Source: Massalongia carnosa
Lineage: Eukaryota
Length of the DNA: 64,000 bases
NCBI GenBank assembly: GCA_965645245.1
Contig: OZ287067.1
Location: 2,294,001 to 2,358,000, forward strand
Direction: 5' to 3'
Positions 34,887 through 48,647 of the stretch are shown here, piece by piece. Each line of letters opens with the position of its first letter. Positions within the stretch are counted from its first letter, which is position 1. The notes below the pieces were generated by a model. That model had not been told where the DNA came from, did not search any database, and saw only the letters and a program-made list of their open reading frames with translations. A program made the translations under genes and the position numbers.

Positions 34887-37060
34887 AATCGAGAAAATCT
34901 TGCATGCTTCCCTGCGTTTCACCTGTACTTACAGAGTCCAGCCTGCGGATCGCAAAGGATACTTGTACACTGTACTCTCGACTCTCATCAAAGACCCTCT
35001 CGGTCTACCGGTATATTCCTGAACTCGTCATCCGTATTCCTCCTCTCTGCAAATCCCAATGACTTCAATCCGCCCGACTGAAAAGCAAACCTTAATTCCA
35101 AGAGGGCAGTTACCCCACACCAACCAATGCAATCGGGAATCCTTCGCCCCTTTCCCCAGGCATCAGCTCACCCTCGGCTCTTTTTTTACGTTCAGCCAGC
35201 GTTATCCTCGACCCAGCGCTGATTGTCGCATTCGGGCATCTTGACGTATCATGAAACTGCCATGCCTTTCCAGCCAGCATATGCGGCCCTCCACGTTTAA
35301 TTTGTAGAATTCCCGAGTACTGATGAGAGATGATACACCTAAGCCAAAGTTAAATCCCGAATCATGCTTCAACCGTGTAACGTAGAGCATGTCTTGGATG
35401 GATAGCTAGCGGTGGAATCGAGTGGCTACGGGAGAGACAAGCCACACACACGCCCTCAAATCTTGGGGCCCATGCAACGATGCGATGCGATGCGATGCGG
35501 TAGCGATGCGATGAGCGGTGGAGAGACACGTATCAAGTGGGAATCGCTCACACGATGATATGAATCATCATCCGGTACGGTGATGATGATGATGATGATA
35601 TGAAGATGAACAAATGCATCATCATGGTTTTACATACATTATCTGAATTGTTTTTCGAATTCATTTCCCCTTTTCTTTCCGGAGACAGCCTCCTTCGGGA
35701 TCTTCTCTAGCATTCCCCCCAGTTCCCACAGCCTCAAGGCCCCATACCTAGTCCACGAGTTCCCACATTACCTCTCCAAGCTCAACCCTCCCCTTTACAA
35801 CGGGCACTTTAGGCTTTCGTCGCTACTCCCGACCTCCCCACCAACTCGTTTCCCCCACCATCCAGACAACTCTAACGTTAAATCCTAACCGAGCGGCCCT
35901 AGCCTTTAACCCAACTCCCCGGAGATCCAGATGGAGCCGATGATACGATAAGCTAATACAAATAAAATATATATTGGTGTCGCATGTAACGAGCACCTCA
36001 TCGGGGGCCTCAGCACCACCTCGCACCACCTTGCACCACTGGGCGCCTCGACGCTCCTCGACTCCCCTCGACTCCCTCGTTTGAAAGACGCCAACCATTG
36101 TCGTCATTCCTAGTCCGGACACTTTGTACTCCTAAGCCCTCCTCCCATCCACCCCATTGGGCGGGTGAGGGAATGTGTGTTGATACCGGGGATCGGGCCA
36201 GGTACGGACATGTATGCGTGGGTGTGGAGAGTTCTCGCCGTACCAAGATTTGACGTCGAGTTGCACGGTGACTGCATTGCTACATCCTATCGCCACCGCT
36301 GTGCCAGGTAACATCTGCCTTCTCCGCGTCTTCATCAAGGATCGCGGGTGTCACTAACAGCAGATATTAAGTGAGACCAGTGAGATCCGTAAGATCCGTG
36401 AGACCCAGTTAGAACCACTCATCCCTTGCGTGCTGCCCCAAAACGAGAAGCGTGAAATCCTCGCTTCCTCGCCAGGCAGCACCGAAGAGCCCGAAAGGGA
36501 ACGAACGAGAAGCATCCAGCGAGAATTGATCCTGACTGTTATACGCACGTCAGATAATCCTAGCGTACTCCGTAACTACTGCGTTGTCTTCGGTCGACCT
36601 GACTCCCTAATTCAAGCAGCCAATTGGAAGGGTAAGACGACGATTCACTTCAATCTTTCCGGTACATCCCCGTCATCCTGCCAAATTCAGTCACCCTACA
36701 GCTCTTCAGCCCTTTTTCGACTCCCAGTGGGGGGGGGAGTTGGTCTTAGACCGGGCACCACTGACCTAGACGCTGATCGTGGTCGATAAAAGCCCCCCGT
36801 GCCCCACATATCCCGGATCTGTCACCGAAGCCCTTATATCTCTTCCCACAGGTTCTATAATATCCTCCCCCCCTCCGCGGGCGTCGTTCAGGGTCGCTGT
36901 CGTCCCTTTTGGGTCAACAACGTCGTGGTGGATCATATCATCTTGACAACCCACTCCTTGCGTTCATCTTTCACGGTTTACCTGACACGGGTCGGCATTT
37001 CATTCAAAAAGCCGTTCCATCCCACTTCCCGCCGCGAAAGACCCTGCAAGAGCCGATCAT

Positions 37061-38335
37061 ATGCAACGAGCATCGTCGGCGGTGGACCTGTCCCATCTAC
37101 TCAGCTCACCGTCGGAACAACATAGTGTGCATCCGCTGCGCTCGCTAGGATATCGGGAGGAGGTGGGCATGGCCGCAGCGACTCGGTTCCCTCCTCTGCT
37201 CAATGGCATTCCCGATGATGGGCGCCAAGATCTCCCTCGCCCGTACAAATGTCCGCTGTGTGAAAAGGCATTTCATCGATTAGAACATCAAACGAGACAT
37301 ATCAGGACACATACGGGGGAGAAGCCGCATGGCTGCTCGTTTCCGGGCTGCACCAAACGCTTCAGCCGGTCGGATGAACTCACTCGACATTCGAGAATAC
37401 ACAACAACCCTAATTCCCGCAGAAGCAACAAGGCACATACCACCGCCGTTGCCGCTACCACTTACGGGCACGAGCATGCCTCCATGATAATGCACCAACC
37501 TCACACAATGTCGCAGTCGGCGCCGACCTCGAAAGTCGGCTCACCGAACGTCTCGCCGCCCAACTCTTATTCCCCTTATCTAACGCATATGCCTTCCATC
37601 CTCGGTCCCTACGGTCGCAGCGGCGGAGGCAGTCCCACCGGGGCGACGCATAGCCCTCTTGACATCAACCTGCTCGTCACGGCAGCATCCCAGGTGGAGC
37701 GAGAAGATCAACGTGCTCATCAGCCCGTGTCTCGGCACCACCATCACCATCATCATCACCATCATCCATATTACATTAGCAGCGCTGGTGCCGGCCAACG
37801 ACTTCCTTCTCTCTCTCAATACGCATACTCGCAGTCCATGTCACGGTCCCACTCCCACGAAGACGAAGACCTATCCCTCCTTCGCATCTCTAGACGCTCC
37901 GGCCCCAGCTCGCCCCTATCCACCGCCCCCTCATCTCCCACCTTTTCCCACGACTCCCTCTCCCCAACTCCCGACCACACCCCTCTTGCTACGCCTGCGC
38001 ATTCGCCCCGGCTGAGGCCGTACGGCGCTCACGAGATGCAACTCCCGGGCATCCGACACCTTTCCTTGGTCCACACGCCAGCGCTCGCTCCTATGGAGCC
38101 CAAAGCCGACGGATCCTCCCCGTATGGCAACTTGACTATGCAGTCGGGCTACGGCGGCGGGCCTCGGATCAGCGAGATTATGAGCCGTGCCGACAGCACG
38201 CACCGAAAGCTTCCGATGCCCCAGGTCCCCAAAGTTGCCGTGCAGGACATGCTGAACCCGGGAGTGGAAACTGGGAGTGGCCATTCCAGCGCTGCGGGCA
38301 GCATGGCTGGTGGAGATTTAGCGGACAGGTATTGA
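37061..38335 (+). CDS. creA: Carbon catabolite repressor CreA/Cre1 (C2H2 zinc finger)
   Basis: [10 protein letters not shown] start; [62 protein letters not shown]; conserved [31 protein letters not shown]. Intronless. Confidence 0.97.
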   Translation: MQRASSAVDLSHLLSSPSEQHSVHPLRSLGYREEVGMAAATRFPPLLNGIPDDGRQDLPRPYKCPLCEKAFHRLEHQTRHIRTHTGEKPHGCSFPGCTKRFSRSDELTRHSRIHNNPNSRRSNKAHTTAVAATTYGHEHASMIMHQPHTMSQSAPTSKVGSPNVSPPNSYSPYLTHMPSILGPYGRSGGGSPTGATHSPLDINLLVTAASQVEREDQRAHQPVSRHHHHHHHHHHPYYISSAGAGQRLPSLSQYAYSQSMSRSHSHEDEDLSLLRISRRSGPSSPLSTAPSSPTFSHDSLSPTPDHTPLATPAHSPRLRPYGAHEMQLPGIRHLSLVHTPALAPMEPKADGSSPYGNLTMQSGYGGGPRISEIMSRADSTHRKLPMPQVPKVAVQDMLNPGVETGSGHSSAAGSMAGGDLADRY

Positions 38336-39790
38336 TGATTAGGGAAGAGGTGACGGATTGTTTCTAGCGTCAATCTCAACATAAAGCTCGGAGGAGACTC
38401 AGGGATTTGGACCCGTCTTGGGCACACGGGTGGGGACGGTACACCTCTTTTAGCGGGTAGAAATACGGATGGGATGGAATGGGATGGAATAGGACTCGGT
38501 GGTGAGGGGGCTTTTTTTTTTTGGCAGCGAGGATGATACTCCACTAGACTATTGCTTTTTGTTTCAATTTTTAATTATATGTTCACGTACAACCAAGTCT
38601 ATTTTCTTTCTCAACTCTTTTCTTATTATGGTGGTGATGGTAGTGTTGTATACTTAGAAACCCCATCTAACTTGTAGGAGGAGCGGACTTCCCCTTTTCC
38701 TGTCTTGTCTTCCAGTCTCCTTCCCCTGGCCCCCTGGCCCCATTGTATTTTTTTTTAAACTTGAGATTTAGACATGCTTATTTACTTACCCCCCCCTCCT
38801 ACTTTATCAACCACCCAATATATACATATGCGGACATCTATCTAGGTATCTAGGTATCGTCTATCTATCAGATCCCCCTTTCTCCTGTTCTATCTACCAT
38901 TATCATCATCACCTACCGTATATATACATACGTACATAAATACATACATACATACTTATATATCGATATCTCGGATTTCTTTGCCTCCAATTAGATTGAA
39001 TAGGATCGGATCGTTCACGACTAAGGAGCTAGTCAGGGCCAAAATAAGTGGTATTAGGTATCTATTTATCCATCCATTCATATCCCAGTTCCAAAATCCT
39101 CAATTCCCCCCTCTCTCGACTGGAGGATGTGGAACTAACCCTGATTAAACGTTGGCGTGGTCATCAGAATCTGCTGAGTGAGACATAGAAGGGGGGGGGA
39201 GGTACAGAGTAAGTGAGAAACCCTCTTTCCCTCTTGATTAACTCGTAAACTAGCAGGTATACTGCTCGCCTAATCGTTCACTTGCGCTTCACGTGCACGG
39301 ATAACAGGTAGTTAGATACCCAATTCGTGTCCCCCTTTACTCTGTATCGATCGAGGTACGTACCTCCGATCGGAGGAGGGGGCGCTCGTGCCATGACACC
39401 AACGACCCTGGAAATGGCGTGACGGGCGCTTACTGGGGGGCCGAATATGTGGGGATTGCGGTGGATTTTTTGGGGTGTGGGGTGGCGGGTGTCGGTTAGG
39501 ATGTTATGAATACGGAGTTCTTACTTAAAGGGATAGGGTAGGGGCTGAGCCAGTGACGTCTAGGTGGTTTTTTATTTGGATGCCCTCACTGAGGCTTTGC
39601 GGATTTGTTGGTTAGATACGCAAGAGAACTGCTGCAGGTAACTAAGTACGTCAGTCAGTCGACATGTAGTTACATTGTCTTTACTTCTTGTGACGATGGT
39701 TATAGATAATTGGAAATTTGAGTTAATTTCATTCAGCATATCAAAATAACATGATATATTAATAAGATAAACTCCAAGAAGCCATGAGAA

Positions 39791-39933
39791 GACGACGTGG
39801 CCGAGTGGTTAAGGCGATTGACTAGAACTAATTGGGAAGGATCTTGACAGGATGTTGATCTTAGCAAGTCTGTTAAACCATTACGTACTATCAATTTTCT
39901 TCGGAAGCATAGGTTCAAATCCTGTCGTCGTCG
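39791..39933 (+). tRNA. tRNA-Ser (anticodon AGA) with a 62-nt intron (39828-39889)
   Basis: Acceptor GACGACG/CGTCGTC, A box TGGCCGAGTGG, anticodon stem ATTGA/TCAAT, long variable arm CTTCGGAAG, T-loop GGTTCAAATCC, discriminator G, downstream T6 terminator. Confidence 0.93.
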
Positions 39934-42900
39934 ATCAACTATTTTTTGTACATTTTAATTTTTTTCACGTTAAATTAATTAACTGTTTATTGTTTTTCAA
40001 TACTCTCTCTCCTACTTAAATTATTGACGATGTGGATGGATTTCCTGAAACTGATATTATCATCCACTCATCAATACGAGAAACCAAGCTACTTAATTAA
40101 CTTTATTTGATTGATAACAGATAGACACTTCGATGTTCTGGAAGACCCACGGCAGTCGGGCCTGAAGAATCAATCAGCTAACCTTTCCGCAAACAGGCAT
40201 CGCATAGGTAAAACTAGGTACTCTCCACATCTACTCGTCTATCTATCACTCCATCTATCCCAAAAGTATATACATGAAAGACGAACCCAATCAGCACCTC
40301 TTCTTTCGTTCCCGGCAAACTGCAATGCTTCTTTACATTCCTCTTTAAGTCTCCGTACATACATATATGTAGAGAGCAAAGTTAAAGTCAAAAGTCGACT
40401 TCCCCCCCTCCATCAGATAACGATTTTTCTACCCAATCTTTTCTCTATTCCATTCAGTCATCTATGTAGTTATGTACATCTCTATACGAGCGAAACCAAA
40501 GATCTCTATCTCTTAGCATCTATGCTTCATGTACACGCACAAATAGATTAGGTCTACAAATTACCTAAATAGCGAACCCTATCCCAAGAAAGCCCTTCCT
40601 TATTCAGACAGCAGCGCAAACCCATTCGTTCGTTCGCGCGTTCTCGTCTACAAAGTTTCTTTCTTGCTAGGTTCTCTGTACCTATCTATTGATTATTTAC
40701 TGGGGCTTGAACACCAAAATGGCACTAGCACCCTTGGAAATGGCGTGACGGGCGCCTAAATCCATATCGGGAGGCCTAATAGCCTAGAAGTAGCCTGGTA
40801 GCCTGATAAATAAGCGATCACAGATGACTTATTGGAGGGTTGGGTACCTGGAAAATTATTTACCTAGTAGGGGCTGGGGAGCGGGGAGTGGCGTCGGTGG
40901 TGGAGGACATGCATGTGGGCGATGTACTCTGTACGAAGCTTGGTCGATTCTAACTTTGGTTCCGGGGTTGAAAGGACGGTGAGGATGGTGTTAGGGTAGG
41001 AAGGAGAGAGGAAGCCGGTGGTGGGGATGGGCTGGGACGATTGAGTCAGGCGATGGAGACGGTGATGGGAATGTGGGAAAGTAGAATGCAATAATTGGGA
41101 TCTGTCCGGCGCTCTGGGAATTGCGGGGAAAGTCAGAGGATGGAGAAAAGAGGAAAAGGGAGATAGAGTTTGGGAAAAGTATGGTTGTACGGGTCATTCA
41201 TGCAGGATCTGTCTGTTCTGTCTCTCCGTCTTTGCGTTGATTTCCACGCCTGCCTGCCTGCCTTCATCCACGCTAACTCTTTTTCTTTCTTTCTCGCTCT
41301 TTCTCTCTCGTTTTCGTCTTCGTAACCGTCATCCATTCTTTTGCAAATGTAGGTAAGCATGCATGCAGTTCGTTCAGTCAGTCACCTGCCCCAGAAGACG
41401 GGCTCCCCCAATTCCAGATAGTTAGATCGAGTCTCGTTCGTCATGCATGCCTTGGATACCTCCTTACTTCCTACTATTACTAACTACTATGACGATATAG
41501 AGTACTCGTTCATTCATGTAGATAAAGTATCTCCAACCAACCAAAGAACCAAAACAAACAAACAGACAAAGCAAGCAAGCACTCTGTACGATGACATGAA
41601 TGACCAATCCAGCGACCGACCCCCACCCAAATCGCACCTTTCCCCGGATTTCGACGTTGCACCCCCTCAACCCCGGATATTAGTTAGTAGTTGACGCCAA
41701 GTACTCCGTACTACTTACTTACTACTAACTACTACGTAACCTATCTATTATTATTTATTACCTACAACCAAAGTAGTTATGATTTATTTATTGTATGCTA
41801 GTTACATGCAAATCTACTTACTACCTACCTAACCTATCTAATCTACTTACTTAATTACTCTCTACGTTACGTACATATACATACATTCCTATAAAGCTCA
41901 AGTTCGGTTCTACTGGACTTAATTAGGGGAAGCGCCCGCCGGGGGGGGAGGCGAGAAATGCGAGGGATCGCGCGATCGGGAGTTGTGGAGAGTGTGGGGG
42001 AGAGTGTGTGTGTGGGGTTCCGGATGCGGGGGATGATGATACTAACTCGGGATGGGTAGTTGAATGAACGAATGAATGTATGTATGTATGCACGCGTGAA
42101 TGAATGTGTTCGGTGTCCGACGGAGAAGCGTTTTTGGGTCTGGGTCGATAGGTAGGTAGGTAGGTAGGTAGATGGGGGTTGAGGTTTGTGTGGTTGTGAT
42201 TGTGATGATGACGACGACAGTGAGGATAAGAAGGGACTTATTTAATATCCATGTTACAGAGGGAGTAACGGAGCATGTAGGCCGATAACAGGATTGATTG
42301 ATTGGTAGGCTTTTTGGGTAACTAGCGTGTCTGTCCGTCTGTCTGCTTTGGTTCCGGACGTAATAAGATCCTCCTACCTGGCCTTATTACCTAACCAACC
42401 AATCGCGCATGCGGAGAATATGACGATCCATAGATTGGAGTTACAGCGAGAAAAGAGAGAAACTCTGAAACAAAGGCCTCTCCCCGTGCGTCCAAAGGGG
42501 TGGGTGAGGGTGGGTGTGGTGGTGGGAAGGGAAAAGGGAAGAGGAAGAAAACCAGGTTAGCTACCTAACAGCATAACTACGCCCTTGTTGATGGTGGTGG
42601 TGCTCACTAAAACTAATGTCATGACATCTTACTACTGTGGGCAGAGGACCAGGAAACCCGAAAACGCTGACGTTGGGCACACTAGGTACAGACTACGGAG
42701 TTATGGAGTGACTGATAATTAGGTAAACCGCTTCCGCCAACGGTAGGTATACATACCTTTCACTTAGACTTTTTCCTTGCCTGGAGAGAGAAAGTGGAGG
42801 CGGTCACAGGTGAAAAAGGGTGCATAGGGGTTCAAGGAGGTAACAAGGTAGACGATGATGGGCAGACAGATTCATGCAGGGTGAAAAAGTCTTTTTGTTC

Positions 42901-44656
42901 GTTGACCGGACGATGATGGAAGAGCGAGAAGAGTGGTGACAAACAAACACATGGGATGCGAATCGGATTGATAGGATTGTTTCTTGTCGTCGCTGGCTCT
43001 CCTTGGCTTGTTCCGTCTGGATCCTTCCATTGCCTTATCACAATCTATAACTAATATCTATCCTCCAACAACAAGTCATGGATTCTGGAGGAGGGGGTGA
43101 AATGGAGGTCTGCACCCATAATCAGCTCGTGTGACAGTCCATCATTCGGAATCAGCTCCTGCGAGGCACCCTCTCGGCTGAAAACCCTGCTGTGCTGTAT
43201 GCATGCAAGCGGACATATCATGGTGCAGCCCCACGAATGCCGATCCCCTCACGATCTATTTCCGTCGCAGGCATCCGTGCTGCATGGGAGTCAAATGCGG
43301 TACAACACGTAAAGACTTCATGCGCGACGTAGGCAGTTTAATGGGGAAGTATATGTGACACGCGCTGCAGGTGAGGAAAACATGAGGTGTGGGGTGCAGG
43401 TATGCGGTGAGTGCATAGGGGAAGAGGTCTGGACTTTTGATGCCATGCACGTTTCGGTGCGACCGTGCGATCTTTGACTTTGGCTATGGGTGTGGCGTCT
43501 GGGGATGGAGGGGAGAATATCCAATGCAAAGCGAATGGCTCAATGGAGGAGCGCGGCAGTTTGAGGATTGTGGGCAGAACGTGAGTGCGCTTTGTGGATT
43601 TGTGATCACTGACTTCTTGTTGGTTTCTTTTGAGGTAGTTTTTGCAGCCAAGGTCTGTGCCACGACTGCGTGGGGAGCTCGAGGATCGACTTTGAACTCG
43701 AAAGAAATCAACTGGTGGACGTTACTCCTGCACACACCCGCGTCTTGATGCGATTGTGATAGGTAGGTATCAATCTCGATCGAGAGCGCTATCTCTTATC
43801 CATTGTGATTTTCTGTCGGCCCGATGTCTATTCTCCATGATTGGAGGAATGATTGCCTCAAGTGGCGAATAAATTGACCGGCAGCGGACATGTGGAGGTT
43901 TCTGGGTTTCTACGATTGTTACTCAGCCCACTTGACATGATACTTGGAGCTAGAATGATGGTGCAACGAAGTTGCTAGTCGTCCACCACAACCGATTATT
44001 CATCTCAAAGGGCTCGGTGTAACGTCGATATTGCTATCGCGGGCCAATAAGTTACGACTATACACACGAACGGGGATCTCTTTCAAAAACGTCGCCGGTA
44101 AACCACTAGCAACATACCGATATTCGACTTCTTCAGGCGATATCTTCGCAACTCTTGTTGGCTTTTGCGAGATAATGGAGGCCCAAAATCATATATCAGC
44201 CACTTGTCACATTTTATGTGGTGTGACTGTACGCATAACTTGAGCATGTGCCATTTGCATACGTATGATTCCGGCTTGGTTGAGCACTGCCTTCCGGTCC
44301 ATCTCGTGGCTCTGCAGCCTTCCTGGTGCATTTCTGTTTTCGGTCGAGCTCGGTGGCTTGATAAGAGCTCAGAAACGGACTTTCAACATGCCTGTTAGGC
44401 GATGTTGCTCTACCTTGTTCTATGTGCATGCAACGGTCGAGTATCGGAATTATGTATGTGGATCATGCAACAACGTTATGTCAGATCGATTGGTATTTGA
44501 ACCTCCAAAATCATGATAACTAGTCGGGTGTTAAGGACTTTTTGAGGCCTCCACTGCAAGTGTGCTAGGGATTTGTTTAACCACCAATTGCATGCAATTG
44601 GCCTTGTGGTGACCAATTCTCAAAAGCCACGTAGCAGGCGATCCACATGATTACTC

Positions 44657-46074
44657 TCAAAGATCCTGTACAATCAATGGATTATCATCATCCCCCCCGC
44701 CAAACTCCTCATCAGATCCTACTTCTAGATCCTCAGAGATACTGTCGTCTATCTTGTCTCGTTTGCGTTTTTGTGACTGAACACATAACACAGGGGATAG
44801 ATTTGGAACGGCATTTGCATAATCAAGGTTGACTTCATGCAAACCGTGCTGCTTTCATCAGCGTAAAGACCGTGCAAAAAGTAACACGTACATACCGTTT
44901 CCATCACCAAAGTGACAACTTTACCGATCCCTTCGTATGAGATGCCCCCAGCCTTGAGTACGCCCGCAAATCGTACATCTGGCTGATGCTCTGCTTGGCT
45001 TGGTCTGGCAGAAGTGGATAGCCAGTCTCTAAAGAGTACAATGCGAGCGTTAATGCCGCCATCCCACGCATTCCCGGATACCGCAGGATAAACTATTGCC
45101 CCAGTCTCCATCCTTATCCGCGTCATCACCTGGCTGGTGAGCAAAATGGCAGTATTCTTCGTAACTGCGAGCTTTCCCAATTTGGAAATCAAATCACCCA
45201 TGATAGTCCACCTACGACTTGATGCCCATTGAGCCGAGTCGTTTTTCTTTTGTTTCTCGAGGGTTGGTTTGTCATCGGAGCTATCGGTTACTCTCGGAAA
45301 CGCGGCTACAAACAAGGCAGAGATAGAATCTACTACAATAAGCCCTGTCTCCGGCGGAGGAAATGAGCTTGATTGATGGGTCAACAGCGTTAGCAAATGA
45401 GGCAGCGTCGGTGTAGTAAAGTAGTGGAAATGATCCAGAAAGTCCTCGGATGATTTAGCCGTCGGCAGTGATCCTGGCGAGGTTTGATGTTCAGGCATGC
45501 GGAAACCGGTGAGGACATTCTCTAATCTAGGACCGCTCAGTCCAGATGAGGCAGCTGCAAATGTTTGAGTCCAATCGCTTTTTGAAAAATAGGAGGCCTT
45601 CCAAGTGGCCCGGACAGGATACTAACCCACCCAAACAACAGCGCTTCCTGAGTGAAGCGCACTTGCGGAGACCTGCAATCTATACTCAACTTAGGACTAA
45701 GTTCAACTATGAATCGATGGTAAATGTTTGCCATAGAGGACTACTGTGATAAGGCCAGATCAAGGTACATTACCTACGCGAATGTCGTCTTTCCAACTCC
45801 TGGTGGTCCATATATCTCAGTCACCTGCCCGCGCGACAGGCCCCCTCTCAATTCCTCCTGACAAGGGACGCTTGATTTCCGGCCTTGAAGAATGGCATCA
45901 AGTCTCTTTAGCCCTGAGGAGATTGGCTTCCTGGGCGGGGATGAAAGATTCTGCAAGGCTTGTGATGCTGATAAAGTCGGCAGACGATCTTGAAAACATC
46001 AGCGTCACTGATATAAATGACCAAAAAGGGCTTGTACGAGGAGATGAGGAAAAATTCGATGTTTTCGTGTCCAT
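44657..46074 (-). CDS. rad55: RAD51-paralogue DNA repair protein, Rad55/Rhp55-like, multi-exon
   Basis: HRLPTLSASQALQ, Walker A TEIYGPPGVGKT, PTLPHLLTLL, Walker B LIVVDSIS, LAVTKNTAILLTSQ, acidic C-terminus. Confidence 0.85.
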
Positions 46075-46410
46075 CTTAAATCAAACGTAAGATATCCAAT
46101 GCCCATTGTAGCAGCGTCAGCAAGCATCCATTCCGCTCTGCTATTTGAAACGAATCTTTAAACCCAAAAGTAAGACTGAGCATTGGGATTATGTATGTCA
46201 AGGACTAGCGAGCTAGTCTATTTCCGGCCATTGGCGAAGTTTCCCCTTGACATTTTTGACATTCTGGAGATCGAGCTATTCAAATGTTTATCTCATCTCT
46301 GTATTCCTCTCTACAAATACTTCTAGTCCTATTCGCTTTTCGTTTTCATTTCTTCAGAGAGACAAAACTTCGCAGGCAAATCTGGTTTTACTCCACTGTT
46401 ACCATTCAAT

Positions 46411-47739
46411 ATGACGCAACCGGAGGGACATCTTTTGCAATCAGGCCATTCATCCAAAGTTTACTTCTTGGTATCCATTTTAAGCTTCTTACCGGCTCTT
46501 TTCTCAGCAGTTAGGTATTTCATTCAGGCCCGTAAGAAACGTTCGGAGCCCGTGGGATGTAGTAAGCATGGCATACACACCAAAAGCAATCTCTCGGATG
46601 AACATAATAAGCGATACTTGGAGGGATCACAGCAAAATCGGGATCCCACCGGCGCTGACCTTTGGAGAGTCAAAAGTCTCTGGGTATATCCTATTAAGAG
46701 TTGCAGAGGAGTCGAGTTGGAGCAGGGAACAATTATTACTACAGGAATGCAGTATGACCGTCTCTTTTCCTTCGCCCAACTCCTCGGCAAATTTCCAGCA
46801 GCTTCCGATTCTTCCGATCCGGGGAAATCAGACTACAAATGGAGATTTCTAACTCAGAGAGAACGCCCACTTCTTGCATGCGTAAGGACCGAGATTTGGC
46901 TGCCAGACACTTCATCGCCAAACTACTCCCGGGATCACCCGAATGTTCAAAGCGAAGGAGTTCTGGTTATCAAGTTCCCGCTTGTACATGGATTTTGGGG
47001 ATGGTTTTCTCCAATTTGGGTTCGGCTTGGAGGATCGGAGTTCCAGCAATTATTCCAGGTGCCACTTAACCCCACAGAGGAACAGATCAAGGGAAATGGC
47101 TATACAACCGACAATATGACTATCTGGAAGGACAATCCTGAATCACTCATCATGGCTAGCACGGGTCCATCAGAGAATAACCCAATCCTCAAAGATCTGA
47201 GCAGATTCTTATCAATCTCAAATTCATTTGCTCTCTTTCGAGTACCCAGGACCCCGATTCGAGAAATCTACCGATGCGCACCACGAAAGGAGCAGCTTGG
47301 ATATCAAACCCGGATTGGGTTTCAAGATGCATACCCTTTGCACATTCAAAACCTTGCAAGCATTCGAAACGTTGAAACAAGACTTCTAGGAGGAACCCCC
47401 AAACTCAGTGCCTTACAATTCCGATCTAACATCGTGGTTACTGGACCCGAAGCCTATAATGAGGATAATTGGAAGCTGATCAGGATTGGTGACTTCAAGT
47501 ACCATGTTTGCTGTCGCACGGCCCGATGTATAATTCCAAATACCAACCAGGATACTGGCGTAAAGCATAAAGCGGAACCGTTTACTACCCTGAGGAGTTT
47601 TCGAGCCATCGACCCAGGGGCGGGGAAATCCGCCTGCCTTGGGATGCAAATGGTTCCTGCTTTGCAACATGGCTTAGTCAAGATTGGAGATTCGATCGAA
47701 GTTCTCGAGACTGGTGAGCATTATTATGTCAAGCAGTAG
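46411..47739 (+). CDS. MOSC-domain (mARC-like molybdenum cofactor) protein with N-terminal membrane anchor
   Basis: VKSLWVYPIKSCRG, YDRLFSFA, GFQDAYPLH, FRSNIVVTG..EDNW, CRTARCIIPN, CLGMQMVP. Confidence 0.92.
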   Translation: MTQPEGHLLQSGHSSKVYFLVSILSFLPALFSAVRYFIQARKKRSEPVGCSKHGIHTKSNLSDEHNKRYLEGSQQNRDPTGADLWRVKSLWVYPIKSCRGVELEQGTIITTGMQYDRLFSFAQLLGKFPAASDSSDPGKSDYKWRFLTQRERPLLACVRTEIWLPDTSSPNYSRDHPNVQSEGVLVIKFPLVHGFWGWFSPIWVRLGGSEFQQLFQVPLNPTEEQIKGNGYTTDNMTIWKDNPESLIMASTGPSENNPILKDLSRFLSISNSFALFRVPRTPIREIYRCAPRKEQLGYQTRIGFQDAYPLHIQNLASIRNVETRLLGGTPKLSALQFRSNIVVTGPEAYNEDNWKLIRIGDFKYHVCCRTARCIIPNTNQDTGVKHKAEPFTTLRSFRAIDPGAGKSACLGMQMVPALQHGLVKIGDSIEVLETGEHYYVKQ

Positions 47740-48435
47740 AGCTTGTTGTCAAGGCAAGACTTTGGAAAACACTTATCAGTATTGTACATGCTCAAAATAT
47801 CATAGACTTCTTATACCTAATTACATGACTTGGCGTGTTTATGCCCAAAATAAGATTCCTCTCAAAATCGAATAAGGCATGTTTTATCTAAAAGGCTCTT
47901 AGATCACTCAGCTCTCTAAGGGCTGAACCCGCCTAACACGTTGGAACACAACTCGGCCATCGGATAGCGTTGGTTATGATGCCATGCTTTGCTGCCATTG
48001 AGATTCAGCCGAGACAGATAATAAAAAAGTCTTTCATATCATCACTCTTCATGCCATTCTTCTTCACTATCTTCATATTCATCGTTGTTCTATTCTCTCT
48101 AATTCAGTGGTTTTACTTTCCCTTGACGAGGCCGCCTAACGTCTTCTCGGTTATGCGATCGTCATCTCCATCCCTTATCGTAATCTAGGCGGGAACGATG
48201 CAGCGACGTCACCTGAATCTGCCTAGCCAGAGCATCGATTGGAGGTAAGGATGCAGTACAGCATCTTTCAAATCCCGTAGCAGGTGTGAACGGATCGGCG
48301 CATTGCGACTGCAGCATTACGTCCATCGATACGGAGTACACCAAATCAAACTCCGTCGATGATACTCGAGGTCAAAGAGAGCGCTCTCCATTGTTCATGT
48401 TTTTATTTGCAGCTTTGAATTTGTCCTTGTTGTAG

Positions 48436-48531
48436 CTTATCTAGGAAATTCGAAACTCGGTTACCGCTACAATTGTGCTTTTCAGCCACCGAAGCTGTAT
48501 GAATCTTTCTATCAAAGCTGCTGTAGATAAG
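48436..48531. promoter_or_regulatory. Three GATA motifs (possible AreA/Nit2 sites) upstream of the purine permease
   Basis: CTTATC 48436, CTATCA 48509 and AGATAA 48525, all within ~215 bp of the ATG. Purine permeases are AreA-regulated in Aspergillus nidulans. Confidence 0.4.
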
Positions 48532-48647
48532 GTGTTGGCTTAATATCTTTTAAGAGTGGATTTTAATCCAATTTCCTACAAAGTTTCATAAGTCGCTGTT
48601 TACCTGCAGGTTCCGTAAGACCTAAGCTGTCATATGAGAATTCAGCC

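Noticed and set aside
39363..39376. 14-bp palindrome CCTCCGATCGGAGG
   Set aside because: Isolated, with no supporting context.
40111..44516. Many short ORFs between the tRNA and rad55
   Set aside because: Low-complexity intergenic sequence with no motifs or coherent exon chain that I could support.
47900..48647. UaY-type TCGG-N6-CCGA site upstream of the purine permease
   Set aside because: No exact match found by eye.
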